DNA from: Fervidicoccaceae archaeon
GTDB lineage: Archaea; Thermoproteota; Thermoprotei_A; Sulfolobales; Fervidicoccaceae
Assembly: GCA_038734945.1 (NCBI GenBank)
Contig: JAVYOA010000009.1
Span: forward strand, 310,001-374,000
DNA length: 64,000 bases
Direction of reading: 5' to 3'
Made by a program: the position numbers and the translations under genes. The notes under the pieces are model-generated. The model ran no database searches. It had not been told where the DNA came from and worked only from the letters and a program-made list of their open reading frames with translations. Shown here in pieces: positions 17,415 to 27,617 of this stretch; position 1 is the first letter of the stretch, and every line of letters begins with the position of its first letter.

Positions 17415-18776
17415 CTATTTTCCTCTATTCAGCAACCTGTATACAATACTTATTATCGCGATTACAATCAAACCAGAGGGCACGGTCACCTCTATTCCCG
17501 GAGTTACTATCGTTGAGATCAGCACTCCCATCAAAGCCATCAAACCCAGCAGAGATTTAAGTGGAATTCCTCTCTTCCTGAAATTCAGTGAAAACGATAT
17601 ATGTGATGCTAGTATTGCCATCCACGTGAATATTCCGCCGAATGCTGCAACTCCAAAAACTATTAAGTAAGACAATGAGGAACCAAAGCTGTAAGATAGA
17701 ACTGTTGTCACAACCACTCCTACCATTGATGCTGCTAGTGCATTGAACGGAGATCTGAACCTGTTGAGCTTTCCAAGAAACGAAGGAGCTAGACCTCCTC
17801 TAGCTAAAGAGAAGAGCATTCTCGAAGTTAAATAGAGGTTCGTGTTTGCTCCAGAAAGAGCAGCAGTCAGTATAACAAAGTTCACTAAAGAAGCTGCTGC
17901 TGGTATGTTGACTTTATTGAAAACGAGAACAAATGGACTTTCAGTTAAACCAGCAGAGCCCTCTGGAACCAAATTGACGATTGCTATTATAGATGAAACA
18001 TAGAGAAATGTCAGCAAGATGACCACTGCCCTCAATGCCCTCGGCGAATCTTTTTCCGGATTTCTAGCTTCTCCAGAAGTTACTCCGACAACTTCAACTC
18101 CGATGAAAGAGTAGATAGCAACTACTGTTGCTAGCCAGATACCTGTGAATCCTCTTTGCGAAATGTCCTGGAAAAATGGAGTGGTTGAAATGAGACCAAA
18201 CTCTGACGGATGTAGCAGTATGTATGAGCCAATAATAATGAATAAAAGAATAACTGATACCTTTATCGTTGAAAGAGCATATTCAACTGCCCCCAAGACA
18301 TTGACGCTAATAGAGTTCAGCAAGAAAAGCATTGCTCCAAATATTACTATCCAGATCACTGGGCTGACTTCATGAAACCAGTAACTCATATAAATAGATG
18401 CTGCTGCGAGATCTGCTCCTATTGCAAAGGCTTCAGCGAACCAATACATAAATTTCACAAGAAAGCCCAGATACCTGCTGATGAAAATTTCGGCGTGGTT
18501 GCCAAAAGCTCCAGGACTTGGAAACAGCTTGGTCATCTCTGCTAAGGCGGTCCCGACCGAATATGCTATTAGAGCTCCCAGCACGTATGAGACAGCTGTT
18601 CCTGAACCTGCCAATTTTATGGCGAAACCGCTTCCCAAAAATAGCCCAGTACCTATAGCCGATCCTATTGCCATCATTATCATTTGCCCTTGGGAAAAAG
18701 CTCTTTTAAGCCCCTTTTCCCTATCCTCAATGCCCTTTCTAATTGATTCTATATCCTTTCCCATGGATTTCACCAA
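17415..18776 (-). CDS. Amino acid permease (APC superfamily)
   Basis: AIGSAIGTGLFLGSG, SFIGVE, SPFVLVF, NFVILTAALS. Confidence 0.92.
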   Translation of the reverse strand: MVKSMGKDIESIRKGIEDREKGLKRAFSQGQMIMMAIGSAIGTGLFLGSGFAIKLAGSGTAVSYVLGALIAYSVGTALAEMTKLFPSPGAFGNHAEIFISRYLGFLVKFMYWFAEAFAIGADLAAASIYMSYWFHEVSPVIWIVIFGAMLFLLNSISVNVLGAVEYALSTIKVSVILLFIIIGSYILLHPSEFGLISTTPFFQDISQRGFTGIWLATVVAIYSFIGVEVVGVTSGEARNPEKDSPRALRAVVILLTFLYVSSIIAIVNLVPEGSAGLTESPFVLVFNKVNIPAAASLVNFVILTAALSGANTNLYLTSRMLFSLARGGLAPSFLGKLNRFRSPFNALAASMVGVVVTTVLSYSFGSSLSYLIVFGVAAFGGIFTWMAILASHISFSLNFRKRGIPLKSLLGLMALMGVLISTIVTPGIEVTVPSGLIVIAIISIVYRLLNRGK

Positions 18777-18799
18777 ATATAATTATTATATATATTTTT

Positions 18800-20701
18800 T
18801 TAAGAAAAGAGCTCTATTTTTCTTCTTTTCAAATCCTCAACGACATCCGCAAGTCCTAGCCTAAGCAGTGTGCTCTCTCTCGGTATTCCGGTATTCACAT
18901 CCCAATTTCTTGCTGCGTAGTATTCATCAAGCATTCTCTCAAGTTCAATAACTTGTCCCTTTGACTTTCCTACCTTCATTGGTTCTTTCAAAAAGCGAGA
19001 TGGAAGTGAATCGTCCTTTCTCCTTATACCCTCTCTGACTAAATATGCTCTTTCCAAATTCACAATTCTCTCTCCTGTTTCTTCAATTTCTCTTGGGCTC
19101 AGGGAAATTCCAGTAACTGCTGTGAACAGTTCGGAAATTTTCTCATAGTTGAGAATGTTCATGTTCTCAGCTAGATTTTTGCATACTTCCAGTGAATCAA
19201 CTAGCGCACAGATGTTCTCATAGTAAGCAACCAATCTTCCCTTTCCTCTTATTCCAAGACGAATTGTTGCCTCCGGTTCTCCAAACATCTCCATTCCGAT
19301 TTTTGGATCATCACTCAGCTCAATGAATGGCTCAGATCTGAGATGGTCAGCTCCTCTGCTGGCGACTGCAAACCCGAGACCATAGCCCTTCAACGCTCTA
19401 GGATCTGCTTGTATCATCTCAAGTCTCTTTACGTGGAATGCGAGCTCCATTCCTTTTCTCAATTTCTCAGCAGCTTTGACTACCCCTTCAGAGAGTAATT
19501 TTCCAAAACCATCTTTCTTTGCTATCTGTTTTATCAACTCGATTACTGCTTCCATGTTTCCCCAATTGAGCCTGAGGCCATCAGTATCAGCTAAGCTTAT
19601 GAGCCCCCTTTCGTATAGCTCCATTGCCCACGAGATGACTTCACTTGTCGTGATTACATCCATTCCAAGCTCATTGAGGAGATCAACTGCAGCTAGAGCT
19701 TTCTCCAGATCTCTATTTCCTATTCTAACAGTCATCCCAGCCAGAGCTTCATATTCCAGCCCTTCATTCACAACAATCTCACCGTCTTTATGATAGACAT
19801 AGACTCTACTGCATGGAACAACACATGAAAAGCAACCCCTGACCTTTACATTGTGCTTTACAGCTAATTTTTCACCGCTTACATCATAGGCGAAATCAAC
19901 CTCACCGCGAGAAAAGTGATATGCGGGAAGCATGCCTATTCTGTTTCCAGCAAGGAGAATTCTAGTTGTTCCCATTATTCTTCTTGGCCAGAACTGCTCA
20001 TGAGAAAATACTTCTTTTTCTATTTCATCAACAATTTTCTCGAACTTATTTTGATCGGCAACCTCAACATATCCATCTCCTCTAACTGCTACGGCCTTGA
20101 CATTCTTCGATGCCATAAGGGTTCCCATCCCGGTTCTTGCTGCAGGCCTGACTCTGTTGAAGAATACTCCTCCAAAGAGAACACCGTTTTCAGATGCAGG
20201 GCCCACTATGCCTACTTGAACTCTATGATCTCCAATTTCACGTATAATTTCATCGAGAGCTTTAGATACGGTTTTCCCCCAAATTCCTTCAGCGTCTCTA
20301 AATTCAACAGACTTTTCCGTTATGTATAAGTATATTGGCTTTCTGCTCTTTCCCTCCAATATTATCTGGTCAAAGCCAGCATATTTCATCTCAGCCCCAA
20401 AATGTCCTCCAGCATTTGAATCCCCAAGGATTCCAGTAAGCGGCGATTTTCCACTCACATTCACTCTCGCTCCAAGAGGAAATCCTGTTCCAGCTATGGG
20501 ACCAGTTGATATCATCAGTTTATTATCAGGGCTCAAGGGATGTACTTCTGGAGGAACCTCATCGTACAACTTTCTTATGTTAAATCCTCTTCCTCCGATA
20601 TATCCAGCCGCTAGTTCTTTTGTAACTTCCTCGAACTTTACTTCTCTCCTCTCTAGATTAATTCTCAATATTCTGCCAGCATATCCATATAGCTTAGACA
20701 T
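18800..20701 (-). CDS. aor: Aldehyde:ferredoxin oxidoreductase family (W-pterin)
   Basis: KSPLTG, SNAGG, GCFSCVVPC, EYE, RGADH. Confidence 0.93.
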   Translation of the reverse strand: MSKLYGYAGRILRINLERREVKFEEVTKELAAGYIGGRGFNIRKLYDEVPPEVHPLSPDNKLMISTGPIAGTGFPLGARVNVSGKSPLTGILGDSNAGGHFGAEMKYAGFDQIILEGKSRKPIYLYITEKSVEFRDAEGIWGKTVSKALDEIIREIGDHRVQVGIVGPASENGVLFGGVFFNRVRPAARTGMGTLMASKNVKAVAVRGDGYVEVADQNKFEKIVDEIEKEVFSHEQFWPRRIMGTTRILLAGNRIGMLPAYHFSRGEVDFAYDVSGEKLAVKHNVKVRGCFSCVVPCSRVYVYHKDGEIVVNEGLEYEALAGMTVRIGNRDLEKALAAVDLLNELGMDVITTSEVISWAMELYERGLISLADTDGLRLNWGNMEAVIELIKQIAKKDGFGKLLSEGVVKAAEKLRKGMELAFHVKRLEMIQADPRALKGYGLGFAVASRGADHLRSEPFIELSDDPKIGMEMFGEPEATIRLGIRGKGRLVAYYENICALVDSLEVCKNLAENMNILNYEKISELFTAVTGISLSPREIEETGERIVNLERAYLVREGIRRKDDSLPSRFLKEPMKVGKSKGQVIELERMLDEYYAARNWDVNTGIPRESTLLRLGLADVVEDLKRRKIELFS

Positions 20702-21209
20702 CTCTTATCCCCCACTTGCTCCTTAATCTTAAACCTGCTGCTAGGGCAGTTGCATAATCTTTCCCAAGCTCATGCTTCTGTGGCTTCTCAATCTGTTGAT
20801 CCCTGCTTGTTAAAAAGAGAGCACCCGTTGGGCATCTTTTCACACATTCTGGCTGACCTCCACATAAATCACAGAGAAGAGGTTTCAATTTCAGAGGATT
20901 CATTGATAAGTAGCCATACGGACAAGCGTCTATGCATGAACCGCAGCCAATGCAGAGAAACTCATCAAGCTTAACTTTCTTTTCTTTTTCATCGAAATAT
21001 AGAGCCTTGGTTGGACAGCTTTTTGAGCAAGGAGCATCTTCACAGTTCTGACAAATCAATGGAAAGTCAATTTCTCTCAGATCATCTTTGATTATTTTTA
21101 TTCTAGAGAAAGTTGATGAGAAGAATCCTTCATGTTTAAAGGAACACCAGAGCTCACAATATTTGCATCCAGAGCATTTAGAAAAATCAACTTCTAAGCG
21201 AAGTCCCAT
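20694..21209 (-). CDS. 4Fe-4S polyferredoxin subunit (DmsB/HycB-like) partnering AOR
   Basis: Four CxxC-type clusters; overlaps aor start. Confidence 0.9.
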   Translation of the reverse strand: MGLRLEVDFSKCSGCKYCELWCSFKHEGFFSSTFSRIKIIKDDLREIDFPLICQNCEDAPCSKSCPTKALYFDEKEKKVKLDEFLCIGCGSCIDACPYGYLSMNPLKLKPLLCDLCGGQPECVKRCPTGALFLTSRDQQIEKPQKHELGKDYATALAAGLRLRSKWGIRDV

Positions 21210-21331
21210 TGGCTCATGGTATCACCACAGGATTTGTGTATTTGAAAAAATTTGCTATTTATATTTTTTGAAACTGAAAGCGTTGCCTTTTTCAAGGTTT
21301 TTAGGAAGCCAAAAAATTTAATTATTAAAAA

Positions 21332-22105
21332 TTATACGGCTAAATCCCTGGCTATGATCTCAGCAACCTTTTTTCCCGACAGTAGCATAGAGCTGAAAAT
21401 TGGGCCCATTCTATAGAGACCGTATAGCTCGGCAACTGACATACCACAGGCATATAGGCCATCAATCACTTTACCTGTTTTCTCAACGACCTCTTTCTCT
21501 GATTTTTCTGCATATGCGGATGACTCTCCCTTCAGAGTGATTCCAAAATTGGGGTTTTTCTTTACGAGAGCTCTGATCACTTCAGCACCGTGTCCTGTAG
21601 CGTCTACTGTTGCTCTAGCTGGAATGAATATTGGATCAACATGCAAACTACTCATTTCCACTGCTGTCCAAATGGTAACTACCCCATGCACAGAGGGAGG
21701 GTTATCCCTCACGATGACATCTTCCACAGAAGTTCCCAATAATATTCTTGCTCCAGAATCCAGCACACCGTTTGCAAGTCTTATCATCAATTCCACAGCA
21801 TCCACAACTAGAAGTCCAGAATCCTCAATCTTCTTGTATTTAATTTCAAAATCCTCCAAGATATCTTTGGCCAGGCTGTTCAAAACCACCTTGTGAAAAA
21901 GATTTCCTCCACCTCCAATACCTCCTCCCACGCTCAATCTCCTCTCTATGAGGAGAACTTTGATCTTCTTCTCAGCAAGATATTTTGCTGCCGCCATTCC
22001 TGATGGTCCTGCCCCAACAACTATCACATCTACCCCTTTGGAGAAGGTGATCCAGTCCTCAAGCGAATCTCTCAATATCGAAGCTGTAATGAGGGATTCC
22101 AACAT
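21332..22105 (-). CDS. thi4: Sulfide-dependent adenosine diphosphate thiazole synthase (Thi4)
   Basis: GAGPSG, LHVDP (His where the suicide form has Cys), DATGH, RMGPIF. Confidence 0.93.
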   Translation of the reverse strand: MLESLITASILRDSLEDWITFSKGVDVIVVGAGPSGMAAAKYLAEKKIKVLLIERRLSVGGGIGGGGNLFHKVVLNSLAKDILEDFEIKYKKIEDSGLLVVDAVELMIRLANGVLDSGARILLGTSVEDVIVRDNPPSVHGVVTIWTAVEMSSLHVDPIFIPARATVDATGHGAEVIRALVKKNPNFGITLKGESSAYAEKSEKEVVEKTGKVIDGLYACGMSVAELYGLYRMGPIFSSMLLSGKKVAEIIARDLAV

Positions 22106-22180
22106 AGTATTTAACCTCCTCTACTACAAGCAAGTTAAAAACAGTAATATTTAAAAATTATTATTGTAATTATTAACAGG

Positions 22181-22654
22181 TTATTGCTTCTTCTCAGAAA
22201 TCATTTCCCTTACTATTGAGAGGATTTCTGCTGCATGACCCCTAGGCTTAACCCCGATTTTTCTCCAAACTAACTTACCTTCCTGATCGAAAATGAACGT
22301 GCTTCTAATGATCCCTTCTTTTTCACCGCTCTTTTTTCCCCAAGCACCAAGTTTTCGTATCACACTTCCATCTCTGTCAGTTAGCAAAGGGACATTCAAA
22401 CCATGCTTTTCCTTGAATTTTTTATGTGAAGAGGGCGAATCCATGCTTATTCCATAAACCTGTACGTTTAGTTCAACGAACTTTGATAATATTTCAGAAA
22501 ATTCTTTTGCCTCAGCAGTACATCCAGGTGTGTTATCCTTTGGATATACATATAGAACAGTCCATTTTCCTTTTAATAAGTCCTTCAATTTAATTTCCTT
22601 TCCATCTTCTCCAACTAAACTGGCATCCAAGATCTCCATAGCGCTCTTCCTCAT
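22181..22654 (-). CDS. bcp: Peroxiredoxin BCP/PrxQ (single Cys)
   Basis: YPKDNTPGCTAEA, RSTFIFD. Confidence 0.9.
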   Translation of the reverse strand: MRKSAMEILDASLVGEDGKEIKLKDLLKGKWTVLYVYPKDNTPGCTAEAKEFSEILSKFVELNVQVYGISMDSPSSHKKFKEKHGLNVPLLTDRDGSVIRKLGAWGKKSGEKEGIIRSTFIFDQEGKLVWRKIGVKPRGHAAEILSIVREMISEKKQ

Positions 22655-22742
22655 ATCTATAATTTTTGATAAAAATTAATAAAAGAAAAGTTTAAATGTA
22701 ATTTCTCATTAGAATCAACTAAAAACCCGGAGGTCATTTTAA

Positions 22743-24059
22743 ATGAGAACTGTCTCAACAGCAATAGTAGGAGCTATTGTTGTTATAGTAATAGCAGTTG
22801 CAATTTTGGGAATTTACTTGGCAGAAAGAGGCGGAGCTCCTTCTGCAACTACTACAGTACCAGCAACTACAACATCCCCACCTAAAACTACAACCAATCT
22901 CTCTAGGAACAGTATCTGCATTGTTTATGACGTTGGCGGGAGAGGAGATCTAAGCTTCAATGACATGGCATATCTGGGGGCAAGCAGAGCTGCAAAGGAC
23001 TTTGGTCTTAAGCTTGTGGAGGCTCAGAGCACTTCCCAAAACGATTACCTACCAAATCTCAATACAATGGCCCAAAGCGGAAGTTGCTTGGTAATTGTAG
23101 CAGTTGGCTTCTTGATGGCTGATGCTGTTAATCAGACAGCTGCCCAATATCCTAATCAGAACTTCGCAATAATTGATGCAGTTGTCCCGCAACCAAATGT
23201 TCTGAGCGTAACATTCAAGGAGGAGGAAGGCAGCGCGCTAGCTGGAGCACTAGCTGCCATGATAGCCCACTACTATAACTATTCATCCGTTGGTGTGGTG
23301 CTGGGGATGGAGATTCCAGTTCTCTATAAATTCGAGGCAGGATATTACTGGGGAATAAGGTATGGGGAGCAGCTCTATCAGCAATACACAGGTCAAAATG
23401 TAACTCCCCTCAATGTGCTTTGGACATATACCGGATCTTTCAATGATCCAGCAAAGGGAAAAACAGCAACACAGGCTCAGCTTGCTCAGGGTGCTGGAAT
23501 AGTCTACAACGTAGCAGGAGCAACAGGTCTGGGCATATTCGATGCGGTTGAAGAGTACAACATGCAGAGAGGAAGAACCATGGGACCACCTTTTGCCATT
23601 GGAGTTGACAGCGACCAGGATTGGATAAAGCCAGGCTACATTATAGCAAGCGTAGAAAAGAGAGTCGATATAGGAGTATACGATGCAGTCCAGAGAGCGT
23701 TGAGCTTTTATTCAGGGAACATTTCCAAGTATGGAGGACAATTAGTGCTGGGGCTGAACGAGGGAGGAGTTGCTCTTAGCTCCCTCGACGATCTCAATAC
23801 GTTCCTTCAGATAGCTGTGCAGGCTGGAAAGACTGTAAACCAGACGCAGATCTTCCAGAAGGTTGGCAGCATGAGAAACTCCATACCTCAGTGGATATGG
23901 CAGGCAGTTGCCAATCTGACCAACACGCTCAAGGTGAATCAAAACATCTCTGCTTATGGGCTGAAATTCTCCGATATTGAATCGCTAATAGTGAACAATG
24001 CTCTTGATTCAGCAAAAATTAAAGATATACGAGCGAAGCTTGGAGTTCCAACTGGATAA
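22743..24059 (+). CDS. BMP family ABC substrate-binding protein (nucleoside/sugar)
   Basis: GGRGDLSFND, AIGVDSDQD, N-terminal TM with Thr-rich linker. Confidence 0.92.
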   Translation: MRTVSTAIVGAIVVIVIAVAILGIYLAERGGAPSATTTVPATTTSPPKTTTNLSRNSICIVYDVGGRGDLSFNDMAYLGASRAAKDFGLKLVEAQSTSQNDYLPNLNTMAQSGSCLVIVAVGFLMADAVNQTAAQYPNQNFAIIDAVVPQPNVLSVTFKEEEGSALAGALAAMIAHYYNYSSVGVVLGMEIPVLYKFEAGYYWGIRYGEQLYQQYTGQNVTPLNVLWTYTGSFNDPAKGKTATQAQLAQGAGIVYNVAGATGLGIFDAVEEYNMQRGRTMGPPFAIGVDSDQDWIKPGYIIASVEKRVDIGVYDAVQRALSFYSGNISKYGGQLVLGLNEGGVALSSLDDLNTFLQIAVQAGKTVNQTQIFQKVGSMRNSIPQWIWQAVANLTNTLKVNQNISAYGLKFSDIESLIVNNALDSAKIKDIRAKLGVPTG

Positions 24060-24118
24060 TTTTTTTAACACATTTCTTTAAAAGTTTTAAAAACCCTTTT
24101 TTGAAGGTGTCAGATATC

Positions 24119-25645
24119 ATGTCAAGCCAAGAAGAGAACGCTATTGAAATGCTGAACATAACGAAGGTTTATCCTGATGGTGTAGTAGCACTGAATGATG
24201 TTTCACTCACGATAAAAAAGGGAGAAATTCACGGAATTTTAGGAGAAAACGGCGCAGGAAAGACAACACTGATGAGAATATTGTACGGAAACATAAGGCC
24301 AACAAGGGGAAAAATAAAGATAAACGGAGAAGAGGTGAGCTTCAAAAGCAGTGCTGATGCGATAAAAAAGGGAATAGGCATGGTTCATCAGCATCCAGCA
24401 CTGGTTCCGGTTTTTACTGCAAGGGAAAACATATTTCTGGGCATTCCATCCAGACAGAAAGGTGAAGATAGATTAAAGGAACTCATTGAAACCACAGGGC
24501 TCAAAGTCCCGTTGGAGGAGAGAGTTGAGGATCTCTCTCTAGGGATAGCCCAAAGGATCGAGATTCTCAAGGTGCTCTACAGGGGGGCAGATATACTCAT
24601 TCTAGACGAGCCCACAACAAACATGACCAGCGAAGAAGTTAGAGAATTCTTTGTAAGCCTTCGAAACTTGAAAAAGATGGGTAAAACAATTCTCTTCATA
24701 TCTCACAAGCTAAAGGAAGTTTTGGAGATAACCGATAGGATCACTGTTCTTAGGAGGGGAAAAGTCAGTGGCAATTTGGAGACAGTTAGAGCAACTCCCG
24801 AGGAGCTTGCCAGGCTAATGGTAGGAAGAGAAGTTTTTCTCAAAATAGAGAAGCCTATCATTGCTCCGGGAGAGACTGTCCTGCAAGTTAGCGATCTCTG
24901 GGTGAGAAGATGGGACAAATCTTGGGCAGTGAAGGGAGTAGCATTTGAAGTAAAGAAAGGGGAAATATTCGGAATAGCAGGAGTTGAGGGCAACGGACAG
25001 AGCGAGCTAGTAGAAGCAATAACTGGCCTGAGAAAGCCAGAGAAAGGGAAGATCATTCTGAAAGGGAAAGAAGTTACAAATTTTTCTCCATCATCACTCT
25101 ATGAAATGGGAATGGCACATATACCTGAGGATAGACAGAGAACCGGTCTCATTCTTGACATGAGTGTATGGGAGAACTCTATCCTTGGAATGCACAAGAA
25201 AAGAAGATTTGTCAATTCTCTCAAAATATTCAATAGCAGAGCAATTTACAATTATGTTGAGGAGCTTATCAAGCGATATGAAATAGTTGTCTCGAGACTA
25301 GACACTCCTGTTCGGAGACTAAGTGGAGGGAACCAGCAGAAAGTAGTTGTCAGCAGAGAGCTATCGAAGGATCCTGAACTAATAATAGCAGCACAACCTA
25401 CTAGAGGACTAGATGTAGGAGCGACTGAGTATATTAGAAGACTGCTCGTTGATCTTAAAACAAAGGGAAAAGCAGTTCTACTCGTATCAAGTGATATAGA
25501 TGAGATCATGGAACTCAGCGACAGAGTGGCAGTTATGTACGATGGAGAGTTCATGGGTATAGCGGAGACATTCTCTCTCAATGAGAGAGAGATAGGAATG
25601 ATGATGGGAGGATATAGGTTGAGTGAAATAATGAGAGGGGGCTGA
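24119..25645 (+). CDS. ABC transporter ATP-binding protein (CUT2, double NBD)
   Basis: GENGAGKTT, LSGGNQQK, QPTRGLDVGA. Confidence 0.93.
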   Translation: MSSQEENAIEMLNITKVYPDGVVALNDVSLTIKKGEIHGILGENGAGKTTLMRILYGNIRPTRGKIKINGEEVSFKSSADAIKKGIGMVHQHPALVPVFTARENIFLGIPSRQKGEDRLKELIETTGLKVPLEERVEDLSLGIAQRIEILKVLYRGADILILDEPTTNMTSEEVREFFVSLRNLKKMGKTILFISHKLKEVLEITDRITVLRRGKVSGNLETVRATPEELARLMVGREVFLKIEKPIIAPGETVLQVSDLWVRRWDKSWAVKGVAFEVKKGEIFGIAGVEGNGQSELVEAITGLRKPEKGKIILKGKEVTNFSPSSLYEMGMAHIPEDRQRTGLILDMSVWENSILGMHKKRRFVNSLKIFNSRAIYNYVEELIKRYEIVVSRLDTPVRRLSGGNQQKVVVSRELSKDPELIIAAQPTRGLDVGATEYIRRLLVDLKTKGKAVLLVSSDIDEIMELSDRVAVMYDGEFMGIAETFSLNEREIGMMMGGYRLSEIMRGG

Positions 25646-25650
25646 TAAAC

Positions 25651-26712
25651 TTGAACACTCTATCAAGGATAAAGGAAAAATATGGAGAAAGCATTGTTGG
25701 CTTTCTAGAAGTAACACTGGCTGCTGCTATTGGGCTTGGGGCTTCTGCTGTTCTAATTAGGGCAGGTGGTTACAGCCCCGCCGATGCTTTTTACTACCTT
25801 TTCAGAGGATCTTTCGGCTCTCTCTATAGCTTATATACAACTTTGAGCTATTCCATTCCTCTTATGCTCACAGGCCTCGCCTTCGCTGTTAGTGTTAGGG
25901 CTGGACTTTTTAACATTGGGGCAGAGGGACAAGTGTATATATCTGCTTTAGGAGCGATAATAGCGGCATCAATAGCCATGCCATCCTACCTCTACCTTCC
26001 AATGGAATTCTTAATAGGGATTTTACTAGCAGTGCTCTGGTCATTGGCAGCTGGAGCATTGAAGGTCTGGAAGGGAGTAAACGAGGTAGTTTCTACAATA
26101 ATGCTCAACTGGATAGCATTCTGGATTGTCGAGTACGCTAGAGCGAACATTTACTATGATCCCCTTTCTCCAGACAGAACCATTAGAATACCACTCGCAG
26201 GAAGATTGCCTCTCCTTGTTGCTAATACATCACTCTATTCAGGAATAATAATTTCAATAGGGGTAGTGGTTGTCATGTACATTATAATGTGGAAAACAGC
26301 AGTGGGCTATGAGATTAGAGCAGTTGGACTGAATCTTTTTGCCTCAAAATATGGAGGTATAAAGACATCGTTGGTTGCTTTGGAGGCATTTGCTATAAGC
26401 GGTTTGCTGAGTGGATTAGCAGGAGTTATGGAGACAATTGGTAGACCGCCCACATATGCAATTGTGACTGGGCTCACAAATCTCGTCAATTTGGGTTTCA
26501 ATGGGATAGCCGTATCATTGATTGGAAGAAACAATCCCATAGGCATAATTCCAGCATCCATATTTATTGGAGCTCTAACTGCGGGAGCAACATCGATGCA
26601 GATATTTGCTGGCGTTCCGCTTGAAATGGTTCAAGCTGTTCAAGGAATTATTGTAATAGTTCTAGCAATTCCTGGACTCATAAGAATTTTGAAATCTTAC
26701 ATAAAGAGGTGA
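25651..26712 (+). CDS. ABC transporter permease
   Basis: GLFNIGAEGQ, NEVVSTIMLN, GYEIRAVG. Confidence 0.92.
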   Translation: MNTLSRIKEKYGESIVGFLEVTLAAAIGLGASAVLIRAGGYSPADAFYYLFRGSFGSLYSLYTTLSYSIPLMLTGLAFAVSVRAGLFNIGAEGQVYISALGAIIAASIAMPSYLYLPMEFLIGILLAVLWSLAAGALKVWKGVNEVVSTIMLNWIAFWIVEYARANIYYDPLSPDRTIRIPLAGRLPLLVANTSLYSGIIISIGVVVVMYIIMWKTAVGYEIRAVGLNLFASKYGGIKTSLVALEAFAISGLLSGLAGVMETIGRPPTYAIVTGLTNLVNLGFNGIAVSLIGRNNPIGIIPASIFIGALTAGATSMQIFAGVPLEMVQAVQGIIVIVLAIPGLIRILKSYIKR

Positions 26713-27611
26713 AGGAGACAATGGATTCATCTATGATAGCAAACATCCTTATTCAGACAGCATATGCTTCAACCCCCCTCCTCCTCGCCTCTACGGGGGA
26801 GATACTTTCAGAGAGGGCAGGAATTGTGAATATAGGATTGGAGGGAATAATGCTCCTCTCAGCCTTCATAGGAGTGGTAGTTGGGGATGGTCTCAAGAAC
26901 CCTTTGGCTGGAATCTTGGCTGCCGTAGCTTTGGGAGCCCTAATTGGGCTCATGCACGGATTCATAACAGCCTACTTAAAGGGGGATCACATTGTCAGTG
27001 GCTTGGGGATAAACCTCTTTGCCTTGGGCTTCGTGCCGTATGGCATCTATGCTGTTTGGGGAGTGAGGGGCTATTACAATCCCAGCACTCAGGCTAAGGT
27101 TCCGAGCGTCTTTGGTGTCTCTCCAATATTCATAAGCAGCATCATCATCGTTTTCCTAGTTTACTATTTGCTGTTTCATACGCGCTTTGGACTTTCTCTG
27201 AGGTCTTGCGGTGAGGATCCCCGCTCAGCCGATGCTTCTGGGATAAGAGTCGAGAGAATGCAGTTGCTGGCAGCGGTCATAGGATCATCTCTCTCTGGCC
27301 TGGCAGGTGTTTTCATGTCCTTAGATTGGCTCACTACCATAACTAAAGATCTTCCTGCTGGGAGAGGATTCATAGCTCTCGCAATCGTTAATTTTGCCAA
27401 TTGGAATCCACTGCTCGGGTTGCTTGGCAGTTATCTCTTCGGGTTCTTCTGGGTAATCATAGAGTGGCTCAAAATATCAGCACTGAAACAGATCATTCCT
27501 GTAACTCTTCTGAATATAATCCCGTATGTGGCAACCTTGGCTGTAACAGCAGGAGTCCTGGGAAGATCTAGACCCCCCAAATATGCAGGAGTCCCATATA
27601 AGAAGGAGTGA
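26709..27611 (+). CDS. ABC transporter permease
   Basis: SERAGIVNIGLEG, GRGFIALA, IPYVATL. Confidence 0.92.
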   Translation: MKETMDSSMIANILIQTAYASTPLLLASTGEILSERAGIVNIGLEGIMLLSAFIGVVVGDGLKNPLAGILAAVALGALIGLMHGFITAYLKGDHIVSGLGINLFALGFVPYGIYAVWGVRGYYNPSTQAKVPSVFGVSPIFISSIIIVFLVYYLLFHTRFGLSLRSCGEDPRSADASGIRVERMQLLAAVIGSSLSGLAGVFMSLDWLTTITKDLPAGRGFIALAIVNFANWNPLLGLLGSYLFGFFWVIIEWLKISALKQIIPVTLLNIIPYVATLAVTAGVLGRSRPPKYAGVPYKKE

Positions 27612-27617
27612 TGAGAA